This document shows, in pieces, positions 53,301 through 64,000 of a stretch of DNA of 64,000 nt. Source of the DNA: Podarcis cretensis (lineage: Eukaryota); contig OX638149.1 of assembly GCA_951804945.1 (NCBI GenBank), forward strand, positions 85,932,001 to 85,996,000, written 5' to 3'. A program made the position numbers and the translations under genes. The stretch's first letter is position 1. Each line of letters starts with the position of its first letter. The notes beneath the pieces were generated by a model. That model was not told the DNA's origin and made no database searches. It was given only the letters and a program-made list of their open reading frames with translations.

Positions 53301-53934
53301 CTAGGGAACACTGTTTGTCCCATGCACAGTTGCCAACGCAGAGATGAGAAAGGTTTCTCGAAAGTGTTAAGCCAGTTGCTAGGTGAATGGACTGACAAAC
53401 CTACTTCTCAGTATCTTTTCTAGGCATTTTGCTGCATCAATGAAAAGCACTCAAGCTTGGAGTGCTCCAACTCTGTCATAGAATTGTAGAGGTGGAAGGG
53501 ACCCTGAGGGTCATCTAGTCCAACCCCCTGTCATTGGGGGGCTCAGTGGCTAGGAGTGCCTTTTGCAAACTTTGGACAGTTCAGTGGTGGGCTGAGTTCA
53601 AGATGCTGTTCTTGGTATATAAAGCCCATAAGTCCTTCTGATCAGTTTACTTAGCCAGTATGTGTGAACTGCATTCCTTTGATCTTCAGAATCGGCACTT
53701 CTAATGCACAGGTGTTGCCATGCAAAAGGAATGACTCCTTGCAAAGTCCGCATGGGCATAGCCAGGATTTTTTTGGGTGGGGGACAGCTGTCCCCCTGCC
53801 CCTCCTTGGCCCCCAAAGCTTTTAGCATGCAATAAAATTGTAAGACTGTCATGATGCTGGCAGTGGGATGGGGAGCAAAGGAGAACACTGGCTGCTGATC
53901 TGGGAAGGAGAGAACAGCAGCCAAGATCTCTCTG

Positions 53935-53961
53935 TCATCATCATCATCATCATCATCATCA
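53935..53961. repeat. (TCA)n trinucleotide repeat in RAD9A intron 1
   Basis: Directly visible; source of the poly-Asp run in ORF 53598-54161. Confidence 0.95.
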
Positions 53962-54856
53962 CCACCACTGGTGGTGCTGGGCGGGGAGGGGAGAAAGTCT
54001 GAAGTGCAAGGTGTGAGGGGATGGGGCCTGGGTGAACTGTAAAGGAAGAAGGAGGGACAGGGTGAGTTGTAAAGAGGAGGGGTTAACTGGGATGGTGAGC
54101 AACACAAGCAGGGGCATAGGTAAGAAAAGATTAAACAAGGGGTCACCAACCAAAGGCCCATGGGCCAGAAGCAGCAGGTGGAGGTTGTTTGACCAGCCCA
54201 CGAGCCGCCCCCAAACTGAGCTGCCCGCTTGTGCGCTGCGCTAAGGGTGTATATTTTCCCTCATAGGGCGAATAGCACCTTCTGGGGGAGATGGTTTTAA
54301 TTTTCAGAATGGCATAGCGCAGTCCAAATCCTCCAGCCTTGCAATTTAAATTCTACCTATAGTTCCTATAAACCCTTTAAAAGTATGTCTCATTTAGCTT
54401 TTATGTTAATGGGGTAGAGGGGGAATGAATTTTTAACCTATTGGGGATCTTACAATACATCTGTGTCAGAAAATGATAAATTTATTTATTTATTTACAAA
54501 CTGTTAGATTAGAACTTTGCTTTGGAAGGCAACTGGAAAAAATAGGAAATAAAAACTCCAGTCGCAATGGGTTATACTTGATTTCAAAGTCTTCTGATGA
54601 TCGCAATACTAGTGGAGCTTATCCTTGGTCTGTAGAAGCAGTCTAAGAAATGGTTAGTTGTAACAATGTATGTGTGATGTATGTGTACATATACATTCTC
54701 TTTCTCCTCGCCCCTCAGCATCTACTTGGAGTTCTGGGGAGTTCCTTCCATTAGAAAACAGAGCTGGCCACAGTGTACTTGGTGAATACATCAGATGTTT
54801 AGTTCCCCCCACCTTGTGTCTGGTGTGGGGGAACTTTGAGGCTTCTCTGCCTTGGC

Positions 54857-54890
54857 ATGAAGTGCACAATTACTGGGGGCAATGTGAAAG
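54857..54890 (+). CDS. RAD9A: RAD9A coding exon 1 ([11 protein letters not shown]); exon probably begins at 54719
   Basis: ATG 54857; donor AAG|GTGAGG. Confidence 0.95.
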
Positions 54891-55211
54891 GTGAGGCAAG
54901 ATTAACTATTTGGATTTGGGGTACTCAGCGGTGGGCAAAGTTGACTATTGCTTGATGTTTCACCGGGAAAGGGGCTTGTGTATGGTTACAGGAAGAAGGG
55001 AAGCCTCCTGAAATGAGCTTCTAAACCTGTGAAGGCAGGAGTAGGGAACCTGTCATTCTCTAGTTGGATTTCAGTTCCCATCAGAACCAGCAAGGTCATC
55101 TGTCAGGGATGATGGGAGTTGTAGTCCAGCAGCGCATGGACTACAGCTTCTCTAGCCCTGTTATAAGGGGACTTTCCTGATGAGACGATAGTAAGAGTAG
55201 CAAGTGAGAAT

Positions 55212-55242
<31 letters not shown>

Positions 55243-58200
55243 CATGCACACATTTGTGTGTGTGTGGAGGGTGGGGTTATGATACCTGTATGGGAGTGTG
55301 ACATGAGAAGAATGACGCACGTTTTGGCATGTCTGGGGCTTCTGAGTAAATAATAGGCCCAGGTGGTTATTTAATAGAAGAGGGATTCTGCAGGGGATGG
55401 TCTCTGCCTGCACAAAGAGGCAGGCTAAGGTAGAATGCAAGATCAGACATCAGAAGAGGCTTATGTTGATCCATACCTGCTCAGTGTTCTTTTGTCTCTT
55501 GTGCAGCCCTGGGGAAAGCGGTGCACTCTCTTTCCCGTGTCGGAGATGAAATCTACATTGAGCCTCTTCAAGAAGGGGTAAGATGGCAGGCTGGGAGGAG
55601 TAGGGAGGGTCTGTCTTTTGTGTTTATTGCTTATAACTCTCAGAATGGAATGTTTAGCAGTGAGACATGATCTGTGAGCTAAGTGAAAGGAGTCTCTGTT
55701 GCAGAACAGCAACACTATCCTGGTATTGCAATCACTCTGCATGGCTGGGGATGGGGTATGCGGCCTTGGACTTGGACTGCCAGCTCCCACTTGTCCTGGC
55801 CAGCACATCCAGGGGTCAGGGAAGATGGGGGTTGTAGTCCCTCAGCATCCAGAGAGCCACAGGTTCCTCTGGCCTAAGCCATTGCAGCTGCCTCATTGAT
55901 CAGCATGTTGTATGTGCTGGGAGCTGTTTGATGATGCAGGTTTGTCCTGTTTTGGAGGCAGCAATGCTGTGTCTTTAGAAAGCAGGATTTGAACTACTTA
56001 GGACAAGGACAAAGAAGCTAAGAGGGGTGTGGGGAATCTTCTCTGTGACAATGATGGAGTTAATGACACTTCCCATCCTTGTTTCCCCAGCTCTCCTTGC
56101 GTACGGTCAATGCGTCCCGCTCGGCCTACGCCTGCTTCCTGTTTGCCCCGCTCTTCTTCCAGCTTTACGAGCCAGGAGAATCGGAATCTGACTTGGATGC
56201 AGGTGGTTTCCGGTGCAAAGTGCTCATGAAGGTGAGGGGCCCACATGGGGCTGTTGAAAGGTCAGGATGGGGCAATGCAGGCTTTTATCAGAAGACCAAT
56301 GAACTCCAACCTGATACTTGTTGCCTATAGTTCTCTTTGCAAGCACCAATGATGGCCTGGTCTGCAGAAACACCCCATTTGAACCACTTTGTACTGCAGG
56401 TGATAGTGATGAAAAATCACTGCATAGTTGCAAAAATGGCATGTCAGAGAAGAGGCTTGGCTAAGGAATTCTCTGACATTTAGTTATTTTTTCCGCATGC
56501 ACTATTGTTTTTTTAAGCAAAGCACTCAGTGGGTTGAGTGGTTGAAATGTGTTCCATATTGTGCTGCATAGATCCTTCCAAGTCAAGGATTTTCTGTCTC
56601 CCTGAGTTCTGTTCTGATAAGATGGTGAAGTAATAGGTGTCTCAGTAAGTATTAGACATGATGCTGAATGGAACTTCCAGGTTGAGGAGCAATATACCTC
56701 TGAGTAACAATGCTAAGGGGGAAAAACTAAAGGACATTGCCTTAATGCCCTGCTTGCTAGCTTCTCAGAAGCATCTAGATGACCATGGTCATTGGAACGC
56801 TGCTTTAGATGGATGCTTGGCCTGATTCAGCAGTGCAAGGATAGGTAGAAAAATGTTTTTTGGTGTTTGTGTGTTTCAGGGTGGAGGAGAGCTTTCAATA
56901 TACAGGTTATTTTTATAAGCCACTGTGATTTTTCACCCTCTGTGCACCCTCTGTTGATTGCCACAAATACTTTTCAAGGCTGAATTGTTTTTACTCCTCC
57001 TGGAAGTAACTCTGCCAGAATCAGAGCACCCCAGCTCAGTTCTCTGAGACAAAGTTAGTGGCTTCAGCAGTAGAGTGTTTCTCTCCCCCCCCCCCCCATT
57101 ACATTCATTATATCCCATCTTTCCTCTCTGTGGCATAGGTGGTCTCTGTTTCCCCTCAGGTTTATCCTCATGACAAACCTGTGAGGTAGAACAAGCCTAG
57201 AGATAGTGTCTGGCCCAAGATGACACATTGAAGCTAAGTGGAGATATGAACCTGAGTCTTCTTAGGCCTAGTCAGACACTAACCACTGCCCCACACGGGT
57301 TCTGACTTTCCCTTTTGAGGAGGGTCTTTGAGGAAAACACATGCACAGAACTCTGGCTTTCCTTCTTGTTCCCTCCAGTCTTTCCTGGCTATCTTCCGCT
57401 CACTCCCCTCATTGGAGAAGACGGTGGAGAAATGCGTCATCTCGCTCAGTTCCCATGCTAGCCGGTTCCGTGTGAAGCTGTACTGCAAATATGGTGAGCG
57501 TTGGGGGTGGGGAAGAGGAGGAACCCTACTTGGGTGTGCAGAGTGATACCCTGGAAGATGTAGAATCCTTGAAATGTAGTCTGGGAAGGGACCCAAAGGG
57601 TTATTTAGTCTAACCCCCTGCAGTGCAGGAATCACAGCTAATATGGTAGGAATAAATATGGCTGAAAGTGTGGCCTTTAGTGCCATCTCCAGTGCAGTCC
57701 ATCAGGCTGCCGGTACTGAGTTAGGAGACAGGGCCATGAGATGGGGAGAAAATAATACAACCAAAAAAGGGAGAATCCAGTGAAAATCAGTTTTGTGAGT
57801 CATGAGCCCTCTGCCTCACTTAATCCTGAGGAGCAAAGAGATGCAGAGAATCCACAACCCTGAGTAAGGATCCTAGCTGGTTTCTGCAAAAAAGCATAAT
57901 TGAAGATCATGGTCCTGTTCTAATGCGGGCAGAGGGTAGGGACACAGCGGTGACTGATGTCTCCCAAAGGTGAGGGTTTTCACCAGTGGTGGCTAGTGCC
58001 CGTTGAGACTGGCAGGCCAGAAGGCAGAGAGGCCAGCAGGAGGAGAAGCCAGAGCCAATGGTAGGCAAAGCCCACTAATTCTAGCTTTATTCGTTCTTCT
58101 TTTATTGTATCTGCTTTTATCTTTCTCTATCCCAGTGAACAGCATTTCCATTGAAAACGCTAGCATAAGCTTATTTCATTTAATCAGAATCCTCATTTGA

Positions 58201-61200
58201 AATCCCTCTGCACTTTTGCTTTAAACTTCATGGGAAAAAGAAAGGTTCGTATGAATAGAAACAAGCTTCTCAGTTCTTTTACACGGCAATTTGGTGGTTC
58301 AACCACTGATCAGCCCGTTTCACTTAATGCAGAAGATGGAGGAATCTTGAGATGCATGAGAAGCAAGAGGAGATGGAGGCTGTGCTGTGTGAAAGCTTTG
58401 CTTCCACCCTACAGGAGCAGTGTGCCTGGCAGACTTCCAGATTGGGACATTTAACCTGAAGGTGTCTTGGCATTCTGCAACAATCAAAAGCACTTTTCCA
58501 GCGACAGCTGTTGCTCGTGCAGTAATCCAGTCACTATCTATGCATCTTGAATCTAAAGATTTGTAGCAACATGAACTGGCTGTAACAATTCCATTTTAAA
58601 ACAAGGCTTTAAAAAGTATTTCGAAAGAAAGAAAGAAAATACTTCATTATAGTTTTTCCTCCATCCCCTATGTCTTGTGGCGGCTGTTCTTTTCCATTTT
58701 AGGCCTTGGGTGGAGTAGACCATTGCTGCCTTCTCCTTATGTCTGCTCCTTGCGTTGCTCAGAGTCTTCTGGGAGACAGAATGCCCTGGAGCCATTTCCC
58801 ACTGTGGCACTCTTTATCTATGTCTCTGCAGGTGTCATCAAGACCCATGACTTGTCATTCCAGGACTGTGAATCCCTGCAGGCAGTCTTTGACACAGGGC
58901 AGTGTGCTCATGCTCTTCATGCCCCTCCCAGGTGGGATCATGGTATGGTTGAGAGAGATTGCAGTATAGGGAGAAGGGAATGGGATGGATGAAGCTTCTT
59001 GCAATTGATGTGCATAGACCAGTCTACTTATACTAAAGATGCATCAACTGCAGCGTGGAAGGAATGAGGAACATGGGTTGCTATTGGGTCTGGGAATCAA
59101 CGGATGCTTTGTGTGGGCTGATGCTGTGCCATGGTTCTTTAATTAGGGCAAAGAGTATTATATGCAGAAGGAAAGTGGGGATGTTCAGCCATGAAAGCCA
59201 CTTCCCCCTCTCAGCCCCTTTCTCTGCCCCTCCTTCATCTATTTCAGGTTATTGGTGGATGCTGTGGTGCATTTTCCATTGACACAGGCTGAGGTGACCC
59301 TGGGTGCCAGCCCTTCTGGGAAGGTGACCTTGCGCAGCTACCTGGAAGAAGAGACAGGTGAGTTGTCCACCGTGACCCGGCTTCCATCTTATCCCCAGAG
59401 CCCATCAAAGGAGGTGATACTTAATTTGCCCAGCTCAAGAACATATAGATGAGGGCATCCTATATGTGCAACTGGGGATGATAGGAGGTGGAGAGTTCCT
59501 GCAGGGTCCCTGGCCTGCCTTTATGTGGCTAGCAGTTTCTCCTAGCAGTTTTCTTGTGGGAAGCGTTGACCGTGGTAGCTGTCAAACGAGGGCCTTCTTT
59601 GATCCCCACCTCTCCCTCAGAGCCCAGCCGGATGATGGTGACTGAGCTCTGTTTGAGCGAGGACGAGTTCCAGGCCTTCCATGTCAAGGAAGAGACGCAA
59701 GTCACTTTCTGCCTCAAGGAATTCCGCGTGAGTTTGCTTCCCCTCTCCTTGCCCTCATTTGAAATGGGTGGCCTTGTGCTCTTTCCAACCCGTTTCACTT
59801 CTCTCTAACAGGGCCTCCTGAGCTTTGCTGAGTCCTCAAATCTCCCCCTCAACATCCACTTTGACATCCCTGGCAGGTAGGCCTTCACGAGGGACGTTCT
59901 GGGGGGGGGGGGGGAAGCACCTTTGTGGCTAAATGAAACTCCCTTCTGCAGGAGGCAGTAGGCGACTGAATGCCAGCTGCTGGGAAACATCTGCATGGGG
60001 GGGGGTAGTTGCCATCATGCTTGTGAGCTTCCTAGGAGGACCCGGTTGGCCACTGCGGAAGCGAGAGTGCTGGACCAGATGGTCCTTTGGTCTGATCTTG
60101 TAAGGTTGTCCAGAAGAGCAGCCCTGGTTTGTTGCCAGTCCTGTAACAGCCAGCAGCCAGACTTCGTTTGCTTCATTGCAAGAGTAGGGTCCTTGGCTCC
60201 ATTAGCTGCAGCTTTCTCTGCTGCCACCCCCCCCCCCCTTGATTCCCCTTTAGCCCCCAAGCCTGTGCCTTGAGAATCCTGCTCTCACCAGTTCTCTCCT
60301 CACAGGCCAGCTATCTTCACCCTGGAGGACCCTGTGCTCAACGTGCACCTGGTCTTAGCCACTCTGGCTGAGAGAGAGAGTTCACAGAAGAACAACAACA
60401 GGTAAGCAGGGTTGAAGCTCCTGCACCACAAAATCTGGCACGCCCTGAAGTGGAGCAGGGTGCAGGGAGGATCCGAGAGGACAATGACATATTTGGTAGG
60501 AGCACCATCTCTGCTTGGCACATAGAAAGGATTAATTCTGTGCTCTTGGCATCATTTTGGCATAGGTGTTTTTATAGCATAGTGAACAGATCTGCCTGTC
60601 CTGACCTGAGGTACCATCTTAGCAGCTATATACGGTTGCCTTGGTTACTCTTGGAACAGCTCAGTATCTCAGCTTTCTGTTAAGCATTTTGTCATTTTTA
60701 GCCTTTTAAACTTAGGTAGTTTGTGTCAGTGTGTTTGGAACTGGGGCTTGCTTAAATGGATAAGGATGTGAGAGATGAAGGCCTTATGAAGTCCCTTCCA
60801 ACCTTATGATTTTCTTCTAGCTTATTGAATTTCTCTCTTGGAACTCTCTTGTCAGTAAAACAAACACCTTAGTCATGAACCCCCCAAAAGAAACCATTTC
60901 TATTTGTTGGGGTGTCTCTTCACAGAAAGTGCTTCCTCACAGCTCTGCTTCTTTATCTCTCTCATGCCAGCACATCCAAGCCTGCTTACGATTTCGCCGG
61001 TGATGACATCGATGCCTACATGATAGCCATGGAAACCACCTGCGATGGCACAGAGGGGGCAGAAGCCCCTCCCAGCCCCACCTTCCCCTCAAGACGCACC
61101 TTTTCTGATACAAGGGAGTTGGAAAGCGATCCTGAGGGAACTGTGCCTGGCACACCACCACAAAAAAGGGTACGTGCAGAGGGATCAGAGCATGAATGTG

Positions 61201-62309
61201 TAGTGGAAATTGTGAGGCATTGTGGCCCTGCAGGTCTCTTGACCACTTTACAGTTCTAGTGGGTGTGCATTCAGTGGGTCAGAATGTACCCATAATGCAG
61301 GAGGCAAAAAAAGGTGGAATCTGTTTTCAGTACAGGAAGGCATGATAGGCATAGTCTGTTTCAGCAGTGTGCATCCACACAGTACAGGTCACAAGAGGGT
61401 GCATGTTGAGCCTTGGAATATGTACCTGCTAGCGCTGTAATATGTTGCACATCCCTTACTTGATTCAGTTAAAGTTCATTGAAACTAGACTTCCATGGAA
61501 AGCAAAGAGGCTGCAGTCACTTAACAGCTTGCTTGTTCATTGGCCCTTAATCATGACTATCTGTAGCTGGAGCAGAGCCATAGAATTCCAGTGGCAGCAG
61601 TCAAGCTTTGGTAATGGCACGATTGCAAAATCTGGGTTTTTTAAGACAGTGGAAGGGAATCGGTAGGGTGTGGTAGAAACTACACTTAAGAGATGCTGTT
61701 AGCTTGGGAGTGGTTTGGAGGCACATGGAAACTAGCTGAACACTCAGGTCGTGACCACAACATGCCCCCCACTGAATGTCATATGCTTATTTTCAAGTAT
61801 CGTATTTTTTGCTCTATAAGACTTCACTTTTTCCCTCCTAAAAAGTAAGGGGAAATGTGTGTGCGTCTTATGGAGCGAATGCAGGCTGCTCAACTATCCC
61901 AGAAGCCAGAACAGCAAGAGGGATCGCTGCTTTCACTGCACAGCGATCCGTCTTGCTGTTCTTGTTTCTGGGATTCAGAATTTTTTTTTTCTTCTTGTTT
62001 TCCTCCTCCAAAAACTATGGTCTTATGGTCTGGTGCGTCTTATAGAGCGAAAAATACGGTATATTTCTATGGCTTTCTTAACCTAATACATTTTTAATAT
62101 TATCAACCTTGCAAGATTCTGGTATATCAACAGCGTACTATTTCTAGATCTCTTGCAAACCTGCACCAAGACATGTCTTTGCCCTGCTTTTGTTTCATTT
62201 GCAGTTCCGCTCCTTGTTCTTTGGGTCGGTCCTCAGCCCATCACAGCCCTTGGTCCACTCATGTACAAGCCAAGAGGTATTGGCAGAAGACAGTGAGGGA
62301 GAAACGTGA
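54857..62309 (+). CDS. RAD9A: Cell cycle checkpoint control protein RAD9A (9-1-1 clamp subunit), 11 coding exons, 1143 nt, 380 aa
   Basis: Manual splice of exons 34+71+141+115+100+110+107+65+96+199+105 nt, all GT-AG and frame-consistent. The product [31 protein letters not shown]...[12 protein letters not shown]...LAEDSEGET* matches vertebrate RAD9A as I recall it. Confidence 0.97.
55214..55265. repeat. (TG)n microsatellite in a RAD9A intron
   Basis: Directly visible. Confidence 0.9.
55507..55577 (+). CDS. RAD9A: RAD9A coding exon 2 ([24 protein letters not shown])
   Basis: gtgcag| acceptor, GGG|GTAAGA donor. Confidence 0.95.
56091..56231 (+). CDS. RAD9A: RAD9A coding exon 3 ([23 protein letters not shown]...RCKVLMK)
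   Basis: ccccag| acceptor, AAG|GTGAGG donor. Confidence 0.96.
57379..57493 (+). CDS. RAD9A: RAD9A coding exon 4 ([19 protein letters not shown]...YCKY)
   Basis: ctccag| acceptor, ATG|GTGAGC donor. Confidence 0.96.
58832..58931 (+). CDS. RAD9A: RAD9A coding exon 5 ([21 protein letters not shown]...)
   Basis: ctgcag| acceptor, CAG|GTGGGA donor. Confidence 0.96.
59248..59357 (+). CDS. RAD9A: RAD9A coding exon 6 ([19 protein letters not shown]...LRSYLEEET)
   Basis: tttcag| acceptor, CAG|GTGAGT donor. Confidence 0.95.
59621..59727 (+). CDS. RAD9A: RAD9A coding exon 7 ([17 protein letters not shown]...TFCLKEFR)
   Basis: cctcag| acceptor, CGC|GTGAGT donor. Confidence 0.96.
59812..59876 (+). CDS. 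RAD9A: RAD9A coding exon 8 ([21 protein letters not shown])
   Basis: taacag| acceptor, CAG|GTAGGC donor. Confidence 0.95.
60306..60401 (+). CDS. RAD9A: RAD9A coding exon 9 ([31 protein letters not shown])
   Basis: tcacag| acceptor, CAG|GTAAGC donor. Confidence 0.95.
60971..61169 (+). CDS. RAD9A: RAD9A coding exon 10 ([17 protein letters not shown]...VPGTPPQKR)
   Basis: tgccag| acceptor, AGG|GTACGT donor. Confidence 0.93.
62205..62309 (+). CDS. RAD9A: RAD9A coding exon 11 ([12 protein letters not shown]...LAEDSEGET*)
   Basis: ttgcag| acceptor, TGA 62307-62309. Confidence 0.96.
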   Translation, partial: FRSLFFGSVLSPSQPLVHSCTSQEVLAEDSEGET

Positions 62310-62641
62310 GAGGTCCCCCAGCTACTGGTGCATGATACCTCTACTGCTAGAAATGAGATGTTTCAAGCTAAGCAGCTTGAGCCCTCTTTTGGGCTGGATC
62401 CCAGGCTGCCCCTCTTCAGCTCTCCTGCTGCTCCCCAGAGAATCAGCACTGAATTGTGTGGTTCTTCCATCATGGAGAAAAAACCTTCTGTAGATAGAAC
62501 CACACTGAGACAGACACATAGATCTACCTTCTTTGCTAAAGTATTACTGCACGTCTTTGAAAGGGAGGCGGCTGCGAGAGATTAGACCTTCCTCCAGTGG
62601 GTTCGTGGCTAACATCCATAGACGTAGAATACTTATTTTCT

Positions 62642-62647
62642 AATAAA
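62642..62647 (+). terminator. RAD9A: Probable RAD9A polyadenylation signal AATAAA
   Basis: First AATAAA ~330 nt after the stop, followed by a GT/T-rich downstream element (tgttttggctgtggtgtg). Confidence 0.75.
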
Positions 62648-64000
62648 TTTTTTTAAGATGTTTTGGCTGTGGTGTGAATTGTTGCTGTGGTTATCCATCA
62701 GTTGCTGTAGCCTTCCTTTTACTGCCTTCCATTCCACGCCTCTTGAGCCAGCCTTCTCTTCCTCCCTTGTAATTAACCTGTTTCATTGCTAAACCTATAA
62801 TTTAGCTGTCGGGCAGATGGGAATTGAAGGCTGATTACAGGAAAGGGATCTGTAGCAGTCAGGGTGGTATTAGTAAACTGCAGTACTGTGTAAAGCACAG
62901 GAGGTAGCAAAGGAGAGCATTGCTATTTCCTCTTTCCTTCTGCAGGCAGGTGAATATATTTCAGCCCTAACTACAAGCATCAGAATCATTGGCAAACATA
63001 CTTTGTTATCCTCTGTTGCCACAATATAAAGGCACTTTAACAAGTCCGTCCCTCTGGTAAAACAACAGTGCCCATCCACAGTGCAGGCCTGATGTCTTTT
63101 CCAGATGGACTCCAGGGGAGGAAGTCAGCATTGTGCTCTTATCGCATTTTGGCTTGCCAGGTAGAACAATCCTCATCCTGTGCTGCTCTAGGGGTTCTCC
63201 TAACACGTCCCAGAGCTTATTTTGCAATGGGGGAACCAAGCGGAAAACCTTGTGCAATTTCCACTGGTGGGATTCATCAGCTGAATCCCACTCCTAATGC
63301 AGAATCAATCCCCACCCTGTCAGTGTAGCTCAAAATGCTGTTAGCTATCTAATAAGAACTCTTGCCTTTCCTAGCCCAAAATATATGTCCTTAGTAGGCC
63401 TCTAGTTCTATTCTACTGGCTAGGCACAGCTTCCTGTGTCCTGCCTTGCTTTTTGCTTAAGTCCCGCAGGATTGCCTTGGCTGAAGACCACAGCTAATTC
63501 CTACAAACTGCTGATAACTGTGCTGTGGCTTGGGATTTAACTAGAGATTAAGCAAGCAACAACGGACCAATTCACATTAAGAAGGCAAGGGAAAAGGCTC
63601 CATTAAACAGCTTACGGCGAGGAGGTGGTGTTACATAACCCTGTTAGGAGTGTCATGTGTTAGAAGTATCATAGGAGCTTTCAGGACAGCCCTACTGGAA
63701 TCTAAACTGGGTGCATTAGTACACAGTATTTTACCGATTCCCAATCCACTGGTCTGTGTGAGCTAATGGATATAGAAGAATCTAAAATAAGGACCTTGTC
63801 TGCATCTTTAGGGTCCCTTGCGCAGCCCATGCTATTCATGCCACATACACTTATGCTCTTCAGAGCTAGGAAGCCTTCATGCCTCTACGAAAGGGGCTGT
63901 CTTACCACATAGTGCCACTGCACAGCTCAGCTTCTCTATTCCATTTAAAGCTTGCAGGCAATGCAGGTAGGTGAGGAGAGTAAGATGGACTACAGAGATA

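Noticed and set aside
53598-54161. 187-aa ORF with poly-Asp
   Set aside because: Intronic, antisense to RAD9A; the Asp run comes from a (TCA)n microsatellite.
62700-64000. Expected PPP1CA 3' end convergent with RAD9A (human synteny)
   Set aside because: No PPP1CA terminal-exon codons (…GRPITPPR…) visible; at most unrecognisable 3'UTR.
1-64000. MALAT1-like triple helix plus tRNA-like module (known to be expanded in lizards); CRISPR-like arrays; true tRNA genes
   Set aside because: No U-rich/U-rich/A-rich triad followed by a mascRNA-like cloverleaf, no regularly spaced repeat-spacer array, and the tRNA-like heads belong to SINEs.

Overview
AT-rich vertebrate genomic DNA from a squamate, most likely a lacertid lizard (young lacertid-type Sauria SINEs, squamate MITEs, L1/CR1/L2 relics). 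The right third holds a complete RAD9A gene on the + strand: a CpG-island promoter at ~52.2-53.3 kb, one non-coding first exon and 11 coding exons at 54857-62309 giving 380 aa. All its introns are GT-AG and frame-consistent, with a polyA signal at 62642. About 21 kb upstream, head-to-head on the - strand, lies the 5' end of CLCF1. It has the MELRAG first coding exon (31613-31598) and a second candidate phase-1 first exon (MLCVAGGGPG, 30644-30617). I found no CLCF1 exon 2/3 and no POLD4 in the remaining 30.6 kb, so CLCF1 intron 1 is very long or the locus is rearranged. That interval contains two orphan CpG-island promoters facing the + strand (~5.8-6.4 kb and ~17.0-17.85 kb); the second has a TATA box, ATGGCGGC and a splice donor. 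It also contains an NF-kB/CRE/STAT motif cluster, a duplicated homeodomain+E-box motif and inverted young SINEs. Nearly all long ORFs in the supplied track are noise. No prokaryote-type system (CRISPR, operon) is present.
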